Source: Raillietiella orientalis (taxonomy: Eukaryota). Taken from it: a DNA stretch of 64,000 nt. The stretch's first letter is position 1; every line of letters starts with the position of its first letter. A program made the translations under genes and the position numbers. Where the stretch lies: assembly GCA_036172245.1 (NCBI GenBank), contig JAYWIR010000034.1, forward strand, positions 2,046,001-2,110,000. Reading direction: 5' to 3'. The notes below the pieces were generated by a model. The model ran no database searches. It worked only from the letters and a program-made list of their open reading frames with translations, and was not told where the DNA came from. Shown here in pieces: positions 38,001-51,148 of this stretch.

Positions 38001-39340
38001 TGGAGATTGAGAGATTAAGATGTTTTTGTTGTTATTGGAAGAGATAATGGCGCTTTCACTTTCGCTTCAAATGCTGATTTTAACTGTATCTAGAAATTCT
38101 CAAGACGGCAATGGGGGTAGTTTAGTTAGTCGGACTTTCTGTAATAATTACTTATGGTAATCATTATGGAGGCCTAATTTATGCCTTCCTACCAACTGCT
38201 TCAATGATTTCTAATAGACATTAGTTTAGATCTATAGCTTGAGAATTGATATTTTTGCGAATGCTATAATGAGGGAATGAGAAGCTTTTAGGAGGAGCAA
38301 GAGTGGTTGGTGGAATGTCACCGTTTGTTGGTAATAGTGATTCTTCCAGTGTTTACGTTGAAGGGTAGGTTTAATTGGAGGAATGATCAAATGTACGATG
38401 TGTACTAATTGCGTTGGGATTTGATGGCTCATATGAGTTCATAAAGGTTTATCGCCTTATATTTTATGAGTTTTTTTTTTTCCAATGTGGGATGGGTTCT
38501 GATGGAAATGATTGCGGTAGTATGAGAGTATCTAAGTGAGTGGCTCCGAGAGGGAATTTGCACATTTTGTGTGCTCAGTTTTTGTCTTCATTCATGGGAT
38601 CGATTTTATGATTGGGTTGATGCTTGGGCTTAATTCACTGAAGGATCTCACTGTTAGACCGACGGAAGTGTGAGTGATTTGTGTGTAGTGTTTCTTGTGG
38701 AACCTGCCGGCCTTTGGCTTTCGAAAACTAGTGTGGAAGGGAGGGGGAGTTCCCGTTTTCAGTGAATGCCTCTACCGAGCGTCCTCAAGGACGAAACAGT
38801 GGGTTTCCTCATTAGGCCCTCGTGCCTCCGACGGACCCTGAGCACATCGTCATTCTTGGAGTCCCGTGATCACCACGTGCCACCAAGCCGAGCCCAAGGG
38901 GACGAGAAGGAAGGAGAACCACCTTACGACACTCCTCCTCCTCCTCGTTCCGAGCTCTTCCGAATGCCACCTTTGGCTCATTGATGAGGCAGCGAGTACT
39001 ACAGTTGGGTGACTCGAGAAAGTTCGCAGGAGGGTAGAATGGGGACAAGAGTCAATATTGAATCGGCTAACAGAAGCGTAATAAAGCTGCTGTTTATAAG
39101 GAAAACTTTAAGAATTTGTGGCTAATGATGAGAGACGCATACAATGAATGTTTGAAAGGAAAGGGAGGCATAGCTAAGACGATGGTAAGTTCAATGTCCA
39201 AAACTAAGAGATGATGGCAAGGAAGAAGGGTTGACTGGAACTGGGAAGAGCACCTTTGACTTTGGTTCGATCTAAATATTGAGATTGTATGATGGAAAAG
39301 GTTCTTGATGAAAGATGGATTAATCATCAGGAACAACTGA
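35050..39340 (-). mobile_element. Highly decayed non-LTR retrotransposon relic(s): RT/RNase H traces (~39340-37400), ORF1/EN traces (~37350-35050)
   Basis: Strong strand asymmetry (purine-rich on +). Residual motifs on minus: IFRSNQS...LLVLDIE (RT domains 2-3), IFLDNSTALQKL (RNase H-like) and EN-like traces near 35050-35550. No intact ORF. Confidence 0.4.
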
Positions 39341-39654
39341 TAATAGAAAATAGTAAAAATACTAGTGCTTCCATTCCCAGAGGGATAGGGTATCCTGAGC
39401 TTCCAGTTTCATTACATCTTGTCAAGTTAATAAATCAGTAATCATTGCTATAAACTTCACTTAATTGGAATTAGAGCAAAGCATCAAAAATGATTAGAAA
39501 CGTGGGTCAAATTTTCATTTTCTTTTGACGAGACGAAAATCGATCAGGCCCCATTAACGGTGGTATGCGTGAGCCCAACTCGGCAACGGGCTTTTTTTCA
39601 AGATCTCCGCCTCAGGGGGAAGGGGGGTTGCGCCATGCTGTGTGTATCCCTGGT

Positions 39655-39932
39655 CAGCGTTTCCCAAACTTTTCCTGTGACGGAGCACAAATTCACAAAT
39701 CCTGAAATTTTAATAAAGTTGGTTATTTTATGGAGTAGGTAGATATTAATGATAGATAAATTAAGCAAGTAAATATAAGAGTTGAGAGAACAAAGCAAAC
39801 GTTTATTCTCACATTTTAATTGTGTAAAACAAAACACATGAAAACAGTCAAATAAACTTGATAGCATTTGAAACATTAATTTTTCACGGAACACGTCTTG
39901 ACTTTCCGCGGAACATAGTTTGGGAAACTCTG
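39655..39932. mobile_element. Non-autonomous hAT (Charlie-like) MITE, 278 bp
   Basis: 16-bp TIRs CAGCGTTTCCCAAACT / AGTTTGGGAAACTCTG (1 mismatch). Subterminal cgga(g/a)ca motifs and AT-rich interior. The 8-bp flanks tccctggt / tcctaagt match 5/8, consistent with a decayed TSD. Confidence 0.8.
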
Positions 39933-42216
39933 TCCTAAGTGACTTGCTCTGTTCCTTAAGAATTGGAAGTCACTTGCACTTTCTGTGCCTGAAAGAATCT
40001 AATCATAAGTATGTGATCGGGAAAATGACTCTGGAAAAGTCATCGAGGATGTTGGAGTGGAATTGTCCACATCAGTAGGTCCCAAGCCAAGACTTCTATA
40101 GATATAGAGTGAGAATCCAACAGTCACATAGAAGCTGTGATAGCAAGCAGTGCAACGTGTCATTTCCAGGCAGCGAGCTACAGAGTGCATTCTTTTCCCA
40201 AGTGTGCCATGATCTTTTCCATTTCCATGGATAGTTTTCAACTCTGTCAGTCGAGTGGGGGTATGAAATTTTCTTTTTGGGAGCAGAACTTTCAGTTCCG
40301 CAAATGGGAATAATAGGAAAACTTAAGAAGTCATTCCAGACTTTTTGCTTACTCCTAGATCACAGTTTTGATTGATTATATGGAATTTTCTCGTGAATAG
40401 CTTGACGATTCTGCTGCGCTAGGAAACTAATGAAGCTTTTGGATTCGTCACAACCAACGACCACTTAACACCTAGGGAGAATACCTCAAAGTAACTTCTC
40501 AAGCAATTCCATAACTGTCTCCTGTACAGAGCAAGTACTTGGCTTCAGGAAAACCAGCAGCCTAGGGAATTCCGAGAGGAAGCGGAAGCTAAACCTAGTT
40601 GGCTGTTCAATTCCTGTTTCTTATCGGAAGTTCCTAACGGTCAAAACTGGCAAGTTTTCAAGCGTCTTATCTCATGTACGAAATAACCGCAATCTCTCAA
40701 TCTGACTCGATCTGTAACTGATGCAGTAAATTCCCACTACTACCGCTTCTACTCTGTATCTTAACACATACATCGTCGTGGCAATCTGCTTGCTTCTTCA
40801 CTCACCTCTTTATAGGAATATCCAAACTTGATTCTTGTCCCACTGTAATGGCAATGGAAAAATCGGGAGACTTTTTCTGATTACGACTCAAATTTACAAT
40901 TTTGGGTCAGTGCACTCATCGTGCAGATCACATATGAATTCGCAGCTCAAGTGGAATCGACGAACAATCAATCACTGTAAAGATACTGGTCCACAAAAGA
41001 CACCAGAACATCCAGCGTGGTGCATGTGAATAATGGCAAAGAGACCACGAAATCGGGATCACAGCACATATTCTGAACTTCAAGGAAAAAAGCACGAGTT
41101 TTTATTGTTTGAAATCAAGATAAGTGAGATCACTGATTCCAGATGGATGAGCACAATAATCCTGGATCGCATTTGCGACCCACTTCCGTCAGAAGACTGA
41201 TCTGAAGCAAACTGAAGCTGTGGGCTGATCATCCTCCTGTTTAAAAGAAGAAGAACTGCTAATCTCCTATATACTATCATGAAATGAAATAGAAGAAAAT
41301 AAGAACAATAGATTTCTCGTATTACCGAAAACCTCATAGAAACACGGATCAATAAATAAATTGGGCTTCTGAATGCTTCAGATACGAATTGAACTTTGCT
41401 AGCGTGAATTGGAAGCATACACATGCTGAATTAAATATTTAATGAAAATTGGCACTTACTGTTAGTCATGGATTGAAATTTCTATGAGTATACAGTAATG
41501 GGAGGATCTTGGATGCCGTGACAGAACACACAAGGGAATAAGCACTAGAAACGCATTCGTATAATCCACCAAAGTCGCTCCATAAGCCTTCCTTCATCTC
41601 TTCTCTTAGCCTGAAATCAATGAAAGCAGTTGAAGTTTAGTTATGCATCTCTTTTCAGCATCCCGATCTTCGATAACACAGTTTCAGAACGTCTGTCTAC
41701 CTGTGGGTGCCAATCATGATTCAGATGAGATCTGACAGCGAGGCGTCTTGTGGAATGTGGAATGCTCCGACCGCAGCATAGTATCCTTCAGAAGAGTATT
41801 CGGGCTTGAAGTCCTGTATTGATGACTCACTTATGTTTAAGTTTCTGACGTCTTTTAATAACGGATTTGTTGAACATTCTCTTATTTTGTTCTGTGAAAA
41901 GCAGTCTTTTATTCAATTTCCAACCAACACAAAATCTCAGGATTAAACCATGAAGCAAAGGAAAACTTTTGGTCTTTATAAATTTACTTTTATTAAGTGA
42001 TTCTCAACATGAAATACACTAAAATAAAAGTTAGATTGTTATCAGTAAAAAAAAATTGGGATAAAAATAAATGAAAGCATGCATGTGACTCATGCATATG
42101 CCCTAACAAATAATCACAAATCAATATTCCAGTGTATTTTATTTTTTATTGTTTTACATCATCAGGCCTTGAACTTAATGATATACTTCAAGTGCTAAAA
42201 ATAGCATGAATGCAAT

Positions 42217-45000
42217 TTAGGGACTATCAACATAGTAATGTACATTTCTCTTTGGCCTCAGCTCTCTGCTTATAATGGGAGAACTCGAAATATGAATCTC
42301 TAAGTTTTCATCAGAACTATAAATACTGCTTTTCTTACGCTTCTTAACAGGTTTCATTTTTGTAATCACTTTTACAGGTGCTAGATGTGATGAACTTTCT
42401 ACACTCTTTTGTGTAGAATCATCTGACAAGTCACACAATTCTAAAGGAGTGCATTGCAGCGTTGATGACATTATGGAGGCTTCTTTCTTGTTTCTTCTCA
42501 GTTCATTCTTGGTTTTCCTGGGTTCTTTCTTGGTTTTTCTTGATTCTTTCTTTTTTTGTTGTTTTTCATCACTATGTTGTAAAAGATTTTTTGCAGAAGA
42601 TAGGGGAACAATTTCATCATTTACATTTTTCACATTAACCGGAACATCTAAATTGCAATCAACAGCTCCACTCGATGCTGGACTGCTTTTCATAACTAAT
42701 GAAAGATTTGCATTTTGTGAGGCCAAGGAGTCTGCTTGGAGTCTGCAGACTGTGCAAGAATCCTTAATACTAACTGGTTGATTGTCTCCATTACTTATTT
42801 TATTCAGAGTGCATGATGCAATAGTCTTCACATTGACTTTATTATTTTCACGTTCTATCAAAGCTGAAAGTGAAGTGCTGACATCATCTGCTCTTGGTTC
42901 AACATTTTGCAAAGCATCTTGGTCAATACATTCTGTTGAAGCAATGCTCTGATCGTCTTCAGTTTCTTTTTTGATATCTTTTTTCCTAATCTTTTTTGAT
43001 TTTGTGACGCCTGCAGGGATCACCACCTTTTTTTTGGTATTCTTTTTGGAAGACTCAGTCAACTCTTTCTTTATTTGCAATTTTTTTGGAATGTCATACA
43101 TCCTTTCTTTTACACTTCCATCAGAGGCACTGTGATTTCCAGTCCAGTCTGATTTGGTACCATTCTTTATTTTGTTTGTCCGAGGCTTCTTTGAATTCTT
43201 TTTACATGTATCACTTCTGTTGTCAACAGATGACTTATAAGTTTCGGCAACTCCCTCTATGCTGGTTGGTATATCACCCAATGGTCTGAGATCAAGGCAT
43301 GCATTTGTTTTGGGGACTTCCAAAGCTGCTGCACTTGACTGTGAAACAGAATCATGGAGGGGTACAATATTAGAACAAGGAATTGCATTCTCAGTTACAC
43401 CCCTGGATTGGGCCAAAACAGTATTTGTGGCTCTTCGACTTCTCTTAGCAGTTCTTGGTTTTGACATCACTTTTGGTTGGACAATACTCTCATACTCTTT
43501 ACTTTCTGGAGTGGAAGTGTCTGCTTCACTGATTTCTTCTTTTTTCCAGTTTTGCACTATTATTGTGGGAAAATCGAGGCTGTTCTCTGAATCACTAACA
43601 TCCAACGATGTAAGGTGGCTCTGCTTTTTCCTTTTGGTAGTGTTTTTTCTTTTTACAAATTTGGGTATTTTAAAAATTTCCTCATCCACAGAACTGTGTG
43701 CAAGGTTTTCTTTTGGATGCAAAATTCCTGCTTCATTCTTTTCATATTTCAGGTTTTCCTTTTCATCTTTCATCTCCAAAAGTTCTGGCATAAGAGAAGA
43801 TTGCTGTAGTGGTGGAACAGGTGGGTTTCTTGATAAGCACAAGTTATGTGGATCACTGTTGTTACTGACTCTAGGTTCTGGAATGTACACTGTAGGTAAA
43901 CGATAACGATCAGGATTGTTTCTGATTTCAAATATCTTATCCCCATATATGGAATAAAAAAAGGAATCATGTGGATCAACATTAAAAGTGGTGTCACTTA
44001 TTTCTCTTGGTGCATCTTCTTCAGCTTCTCTTATGGGTGAATGTTCTAAAGAAAAAAGGATTAATCATTTACATGAAAGGAATAAAAATTCGATTATCCG
44101 CGAACCTGATAGAAACAAACTGTTGGAATCTTGGATTGAAGGGCTGCTGTCTTGATCATGCAAACTTGTGCTGCTTGATGTAGAAAATTCTTCACTAGTA
44201 GCAAAAGACAAATCTAAGGAAAAATGCTTAATTCCAATTCGCCTCTGTCATTGCTTACAATGATTAATACTCTTAAGTGGTGTTCGACTAAGAGTATTCC
44301 CACATGGAATCACATTTTTCATTCTCAGGTTTCCTTCCCCCACAGCTGATTTTGTTGAGCCATCTTGTCGTTTGTCAATACACTTGGTTACTTCTCTTGA
44401 TTTCAGCTGTAACTTCTTGTGCATCTACCAGTAGAATTATCTCAAAATAGTCAGTTGGATCCAAACACAATTATAATTGCAAAATTTAATTACAACACAA
44501 ACATTAAATAATTGCTTAATATATCATCGCAAGAATACAAACACACTTCATCAAAACAAGTGAACAAGGCGTTTAGTTAATAACAAGAAACCATCAGCTA
44601 CCATTCGTATGCAAGCATGAACATTATTTCCATGTTTCTGTTCTATTTTATTAATTAATCTGGAGAATATCTTCAAAACCTTTCCTGAATTCAAAATATC
44701 TTTTGGTTCAGATAATAAGTAACCCAAATCCAGGTTGCATAATACTCTGAAACATAATCATGCACATAAGACTATATCGAATGGAATGAAGTTGATTTAC
44801 CTATAAATAGAAACAATCTTTTGTTTCTTTAATTTTGATGAATGCAAAAAAGCTAACGATTGGTCAAATACATGTAGAAGAGACTCGTAGATCATCAAAA
44901 TAGTTTGCTCATTCACACCTGAAAGGGAATCACCAACTGGCAAATTAAAAGTTTTTTTTAATTTGACCAGAACATCAGTTGTCATTTTGACGAATTTCAT
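42217..45000 (-). CDS. Uncharacterised 815-aa protein: calponin-homology-like N-terminus, long Lys/Ser-rich disordered region, D-box and KEN boxes; 5 exons
   Basis: Phase-consistent exons 45000-44801, 44746-44602, 44424-44259, 44213-44106, 44045-42217 (2448 nt). AATAAA at 42150-42145. Helical N-terminus ...TILMIYESLLHVF...LGYLLSEPKDILNSGKVLKIFSRLINKI. Motifs RTPLKSIN, two KEN, C-terminal RELRPKRNVHYY. Confidence 0.8.
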
Positions 45001-48000
45001 AAATTATTCACATTGGCATGATTAGCAGAAACAAAATCCTAATGTAAATATTATAAGTCCATAATTTCAGTATTTGTCTGTAAACTTCCTATTTTTAACA
45101 TGGGCTCAGTTTATTATTGTGTTCGTTCATCACAGAAACTTCGTTTTGGGCTGATCATAACTGGAGGGTATATTCATTTTTTGGAACCAGGAAAACTAAT
45201 CTGGAAAGTTGCCACTGATAAAAACATCTGCGATTAGCCAACATGCTTCAATTAAAGGCTTCAACACACACAATAAACAATCTGGTTTTTCATTCGGTAT
45301 AACATAATGCAATAATTCTCCAATTCAAATTTGCCTCCGAATTTGATTGGCTGCAAACACAGTATTACAAAATGCTGTTCCTGTAGTTCGAGAGAAAGCG
45401 AGCCAGAGAGGCAGAATTAAAAAAAAACACATACGTATATTCAAAAGTCTTGAACCCAAATAAATTATTGGATAGAAACATTTTTTAAATTTCGAGGAAT
45501 ATGGGAAGCGCACAACTGGTGGACGTAAAAAATTCACAGAATTCGTACAGCGTTTAAATTATATATACAACTGTGCAATCTTAAATATAGTAACTTATTA
45601 AATATAGATATTGTGAGGTTTCCTTCCGAAAAGTTTTCTTTTAATTATTTTGTCAAAAAATTATGCATCTACATTTATAAATACCTAAGATAAGATCATA
45701 ATATTTAATGGCAAAGGAAGCCACAAAAGAGCAATAGAAGAAGACTTTGGACTGAAAACAAGAGTTTATGAAGAATTTACAGATATAACGTGTCCACTGA
45801 AGAAGCAGAATCCTAAGAGTTGCAATATAATTTAGAGTATTAAAATACATGTTCATATCTGGAGCAAACGCCTTTTCGATCATATCATCATTTAACATAC
45901 GGCTGTTTCACTTTTACAAATTTGTTTCTAGGACTGATTTTAAAGTCAATTAACAACATATAGAGAATACAGTTTCAATAAAACACGCAACTGATACCAT
46001 TTGTAAAGAAGAAAGCAATTTCTTTCTAATTAAACATACAATTCTTTGTTCAATTACAAAAAAACAAGAACAAAAAGACAAATGCAATGGAAATTCAGGA
46101 TGAATATTCTAAGAATTTCTTTGAGCTGAAATATAGATTCCTGATTTTCTAGCATTGTGATTTTTTGTATTCATTCTTTATAGCCATTCCATTCTCTTAA
46201 ATTTCACTTCTGGAGTGTATGTGATAATTCCAATTTTTTTTCTTTCTCAATTTACGAGCAAATGTCAAGTAATTTTTTTTTCCTAAAAAAAACTTTGAAA
46301 ACGAAATATTTTCTGACCACACTTTATGAACCAACGTCCAGGATCACGAATTTAAAACCAAATGAAAGGCTAATAGAGATCAGGTCTGTGTTTCTTTATT
46401 TCCTCCGAAAAATCATTGTTTTTCGGAACTATCAGTTTCATTGTTAACCACGCAATAGGTCTGCTGCATGTGCATTCAGATTTCATTTTTTCCAACTCTT
46501 GGATCCTGAAACTTTGTCCACGAAACTTGCAGATTGTCCGAAATTTATGGCATGATCGATAATTCAGTTGCATTGGCTACACTGCAAGTTTTAACAAAAA
46601 ACTTAGCATTCTCAGCTATTCCTCGTTTTGTAGGTTGTATCGCAGAAATCACTCCAGGGAACAAAAATTTGACAATACTATATAGTTTTCATAATTGCAT
46701 GATCGCACTGATTATCAACGACTGAGTTTTCCTACCTTTCTTGATTGATTTATCAAACTTACGAATGCATTCTGAAACGGTGGTTGCGGTCCTGTCTCTA
46801 TTACCACTTTTAGAAACTCAATGTCGTCCACACATGGTCTGGGTTTCCTGATGAGTGTTCGTGTTTAATCAGTTGCAACTGTTTTCACAGAAATTCTGAA
46901 AATGTTCATCTAGAGCCCTCCAGAAGGATCTTCACCGATTTCTTCTCCCCAGATTAGACAGTCATCGTTTCGGAACCCTTTTGCAGATTATGCTTCGAAC
47001 GTGAAGCTTTTAGAAGATTTTGAAAAGTTCAGAGCCAATATTTCTCAGAAAGTTTGTGAAATTTGAATTTTGACAAGCTCTAGCTAGCTCTGGACGCTTG
47101 AAAAATTCCCGGAAGTTTGCGGGTTGGTTACAAGGGAAACCCTTAATACTTGGATTGCGCCTTTCTCTTTGTCCTTTACACTCTATCTTCTCATTGCTAA
47201 TGTTTTTCTAATTTCCTTAGTAAATTGTTCTATTTTTGGTAATGTTTTTTTTTTTGACCTCTTGTTTGTTGTTTTTTTTACAGAAGCATCTTTATTTTTC
47301 TTATGTTAATAGTTCCTCTGCCGAGCTTTTGAGCCTGCTTGTTCTTGGTAACCAGGGCTTATACCATTTCATGATCTCAGTCTTAATAATAATGCACATC
47401 TAATGCCCAAACAGGTCTACGGAAACCTTCCATTCTACTAAATATTATTGGTGAGTGTTTACTGAGTATTATTTGTTATTTATACGAACATCCTTATCGC
47501 AATTTGGTAGTTTGGATTAGTCTCAGATGTGGGAGTGTTTTTTCTCCCTTCTTTTTGGAATGAGTGTTTTTTCTCCCTGCAATGAGATCAAAATTGAGTC
47601 AATGCAGATGTGAAATATATTGATCAAAGGTTGAACGATGAATTTATTCGAAAACTTTGCTGTAATCACGGATACCGAGAATCATGTTTAGGAGCAAGCA
47701 GAAATTTTCGTGTACAATCACACCCGTGCAAGTTTCCATACCTCAGGCACTGTACGTTCTTTCAATGTACAACACCGCCAATCAGTCGCTGGTTTCCTGG
47801 GTCAGGGTGGAACTGGGTTTTCCACGAAGATGCGTACGTCCACTTCTCCCTAAAAGAGTGTCACTTCTCAGAACCACATGTTTCTCTGAGTGTTTATGGA
47901 ATCGGCATACAGTTTCAAAAAATCTGCATTTTTGAAAGAGGTCAAAAGTCAAACACGCACACTCATGAAAGCTTCTAGACTGTTGCAAGTTTCAGAAGAG

Positions 48001-48226
48001 GTGTTTATTTTTGGGGGGAGGGGGAAATACCTTTCATGCCTCAAGCAAGCCAAGTAATTGCTCCAATTATCACTGAGGGGTTATGAAATTTGTTTGCTTC
48101 TTTCATATTGCAAATCAACTGAATTACTTCAGTGACATGTATTGTCTCTGTCGATATTAATACTGAGTATCAGAAAGAATCAGAAAATGATGCAAGTTGA
48201 TTGTCTTGGAGAGTTGAATCACTTCA

Positions 48227-48254
48227 GTTTCACCGAAATGTATTTCGGTGAAAC
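48227..48254. repeat. Perfect palindrome, 13-bp arms with 2-nt spacer
   Basis: gtttcaccgaaat-gt-atttcggtgaaac. Confidence 0.9.
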
Positions 48255-51041
48255 ATTTATCTCTGAAATGATCAATGCCTTGTGAGAGGATGCCGACTTG
48301 TACCATTTGGGGTGAAGGTTCGAGTAACGGAAACTCTCTTCAGTCTCAGGCCTTCTGACGAAGAAAAAGACCAGAGCCTATGCATTTATGCATTGCCAAG
48401 CATTTGCGTTTACTTGGATCTTTTCGACTGTTTCTCCCCCCCCCCTCTTATCAATCCTTGAAAAAACTGTCATCGATAGAGCCGTCCCGTAGTTTCAGCA
48501 CGGAGTGTTCATGGCATTTCGAGCAGCATCCTGAGAGAGGGAAATGTAGTAAATAATTTGCAGTGGAATGCTGGAGCAAATGATGATCGAGAAATTCGGA
48601 CCCACTCTGAGAACTGCGCTACAACGATTTATAGTTGAAAAGATACCAAGTGAGTCTTTTCTTCCTACACAGAAATGGCGACTTTTGTCGGGCAAATTTG
48701 CCTCGTCGGGGAAGATTACTCATCAGGCAACATCACAACTGTGCACTCGAAAATGTCGCCTCTAGAAGAAACTTAGAAACGGAAGTTATTTTCTACGAAA
48801 AAAAAAAGAAAAAAGAAAGGACTATTGCCGTTCTATAAAGGTCAATTTCTTTTCGAAACATGCTTAAAGGGAAAGAAATCAGGAAAGCTATTCTTTTTGT
48901 CCAGTGGTCATCATGTGGCAAATGCATTGCGAAAGTTCCATTCGAATCAGTAGCAGCATTTCTGAAGGGTTCCCAGTTTTTCGCATGCTGTTCATCATCC
49001 TCCAACGGATCCACGAGGTGAAATCTACGGGTTTCAGGAGTCTGTAAGCAGATCGTAGCAGACTTATTAACATGCAAAAGAAACAGCCCGGCACAGTGCC
49101 CTTATTTCGACTGTAGCACGAGTAGCACGAGTTCTTGCAGTTCATGCTGTTTACATACCTCACTTCCATCTGACGCTTCGGAGGGCTCTCGTCAAACAGA
49201 CAAAGTGGCTTCATCCTTTCACTTCGGAGAAGCCGGTGGGAACCCCAGTTTTTGTCCTTTGCACAATCCTGTTGTGTGAATTTCTAGCCGTCTCTTGCTT
49301 TTCGCTCTTCCGAACAGGTGGAACGCACGCGACAGATTGGATGCGGTAACTAAGCGGTGAGGATGATAAAATGGCCTGTCAACTCTCGTTCGAAATCCAC
49401 GATCTTTCGTGGATCGCTTCAGAAGTTTTCGGAGGACTGAGTAGCTGATTAACAGGGAGTACGTGAGCATCTGTTTTCATCCGAAACAGGGCGGAATCTG
49501 CCGTCCACACAACAGAAAGTGAAATGTGGTCAGGAGCTACGTCTAGCTCAGCCGATATGCTGGAGGCGAATGAATAAATACTAGAACTTAAGATATCGTT
49601 CAAAGAACAACGATGTTGCGCCTATTTCGGGAAATTGTTGAAAACACTAGAAAGTACATAGATGGGGTGGGGGTGGGGGTGGGGAGATATCCTTACCAAA
49701 TCCCGATTTTTCTTAAAATAACTCGACATACCTGAATTTTTCTGCCAATAGGGAAGCCAAAGATCCATTTGCTTTATGGAAATCTCAGTTAGCAGCTAAG
49801 ATGAGATGAGATGCTGCTGATCCAAGAAGCTTTCAGTAAACAGCGACGCCGATGATATTTTTGGAGACAAAATGTGTGCAATGGGGTAAGGCCATGATTT
49901 CTGGAAGTCTTTTTTGAGCCTCCATGAAGCCAAAGTTATCTGCTTCCTTCCTTCCTTCCTTCAAACTACGATCCTTTAAAAAAGAATGTTTCGAAAGTCG
50001 TGCAACGAGTGAATTCAGGAAATCATCCGATATCATGATGCGGAGTGAGAATTCATAGCAGCCACAGGACTGGATTGACATTTTTTTTTTTTTTTAATTT
50101 TCATATGTAATGTAACTTTGAACAGCATGAGGGTTGCGAACGGAGGACATGTCACAGACAAGGACCGAATTTCACTTCAGAAAATACAAACCGATGCCGC
50201 AAACGAGAGAACAATCTCGAAATCAATTGAAAATCACTTAACGGGAGAACAGTTAGGATCAATTTAAACAGCCGGCTGATAAAGCCCTGTGAAAGGACCG
50301 GTCCGTTCCACAAGCACACAAAAATTTCCTCTCAGTATACGGTGGCTGAATTTTTCTTATCGCCTATGTACCGTACTTTCTGCAACGATACCGTGTATAA
50401 ACATGTTGGCAACTGCACATCGCCCGAGCGCTAGAACGACCCGACGGCAAGAATTCTCGGCAAGACGTCGTTCTTGATGGCGGGGAAGGTGGCTGTGGTT
50501 GCAGTCGACAGGGAACCACACTACCGTCGGTGCTGCAAAGAGAAGCGGGTGGCTCGGCCGACGCGGAAGCACAAACCAAGCGGTCCACCCCATTCCTTCT
50601 TTTCCCGAAACTTCTTCGTAGAAAATCCGCTTTGGTGGTGAAAGAGTACTTCGGTGTTCCCAGAGAGAACTTAGAAATCGGAGCATGGATGGAAGAACGA
50701 GTTCATTACGTAGATGGAGGATGTTTAATTTTAGAAACAACTTTCTTTACTTAAGGAAAACTTTAAAGTTTTGCTGCAAATGTAAACGGAAGCGAAAAGG
50801 AAAGAGGAATGGGTGTTTCCTCTTGGTCTAACTTTAGACATTATGCTAATGGTTTGCTTTGCAAGCCTTCCTGTCGAACCTGATCAGATGTTGATTTTTG
50901 CCAGACTTTTGCGTTTTGGATGAATCACAAAGGGCCCTAGAAAGTAAAAGCTGCGGTGGAAAGTTGCTTTTCAAATCCACATTTCGTAACTCTGGCGGAA
51001 GTGTACTCAACATTGGGGGATTAAACAAACTCAAAAGCTGC

Positions 51042-51050
51042 TATATATAA
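51042..51050 (+). promoter_or_regulatory. TATA box of the secreted peptide gene
   Basis: tatatataa ~100 nt upstream of ATG 51149, followed by an (AGCA)n-rich putative 5' UTR. Confidence 0.6.
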
Positions 51051-51148
51051 CCAGTGATGCACTAATGACAAAAGTTACTCGGTTGCCTCCGTATTGCCTA
51101 CCGGCGCGAAGAAGCCAGCAAGCAAGCAAACGAGCAAGCGAGCAAAAG

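Noticed and set aside
42449..43906. + strand hydrophobic ORFs (42449-42781, 43259-43906)
   Set aside because: Antisense shadows of the Lys-rich minus-strand exon.
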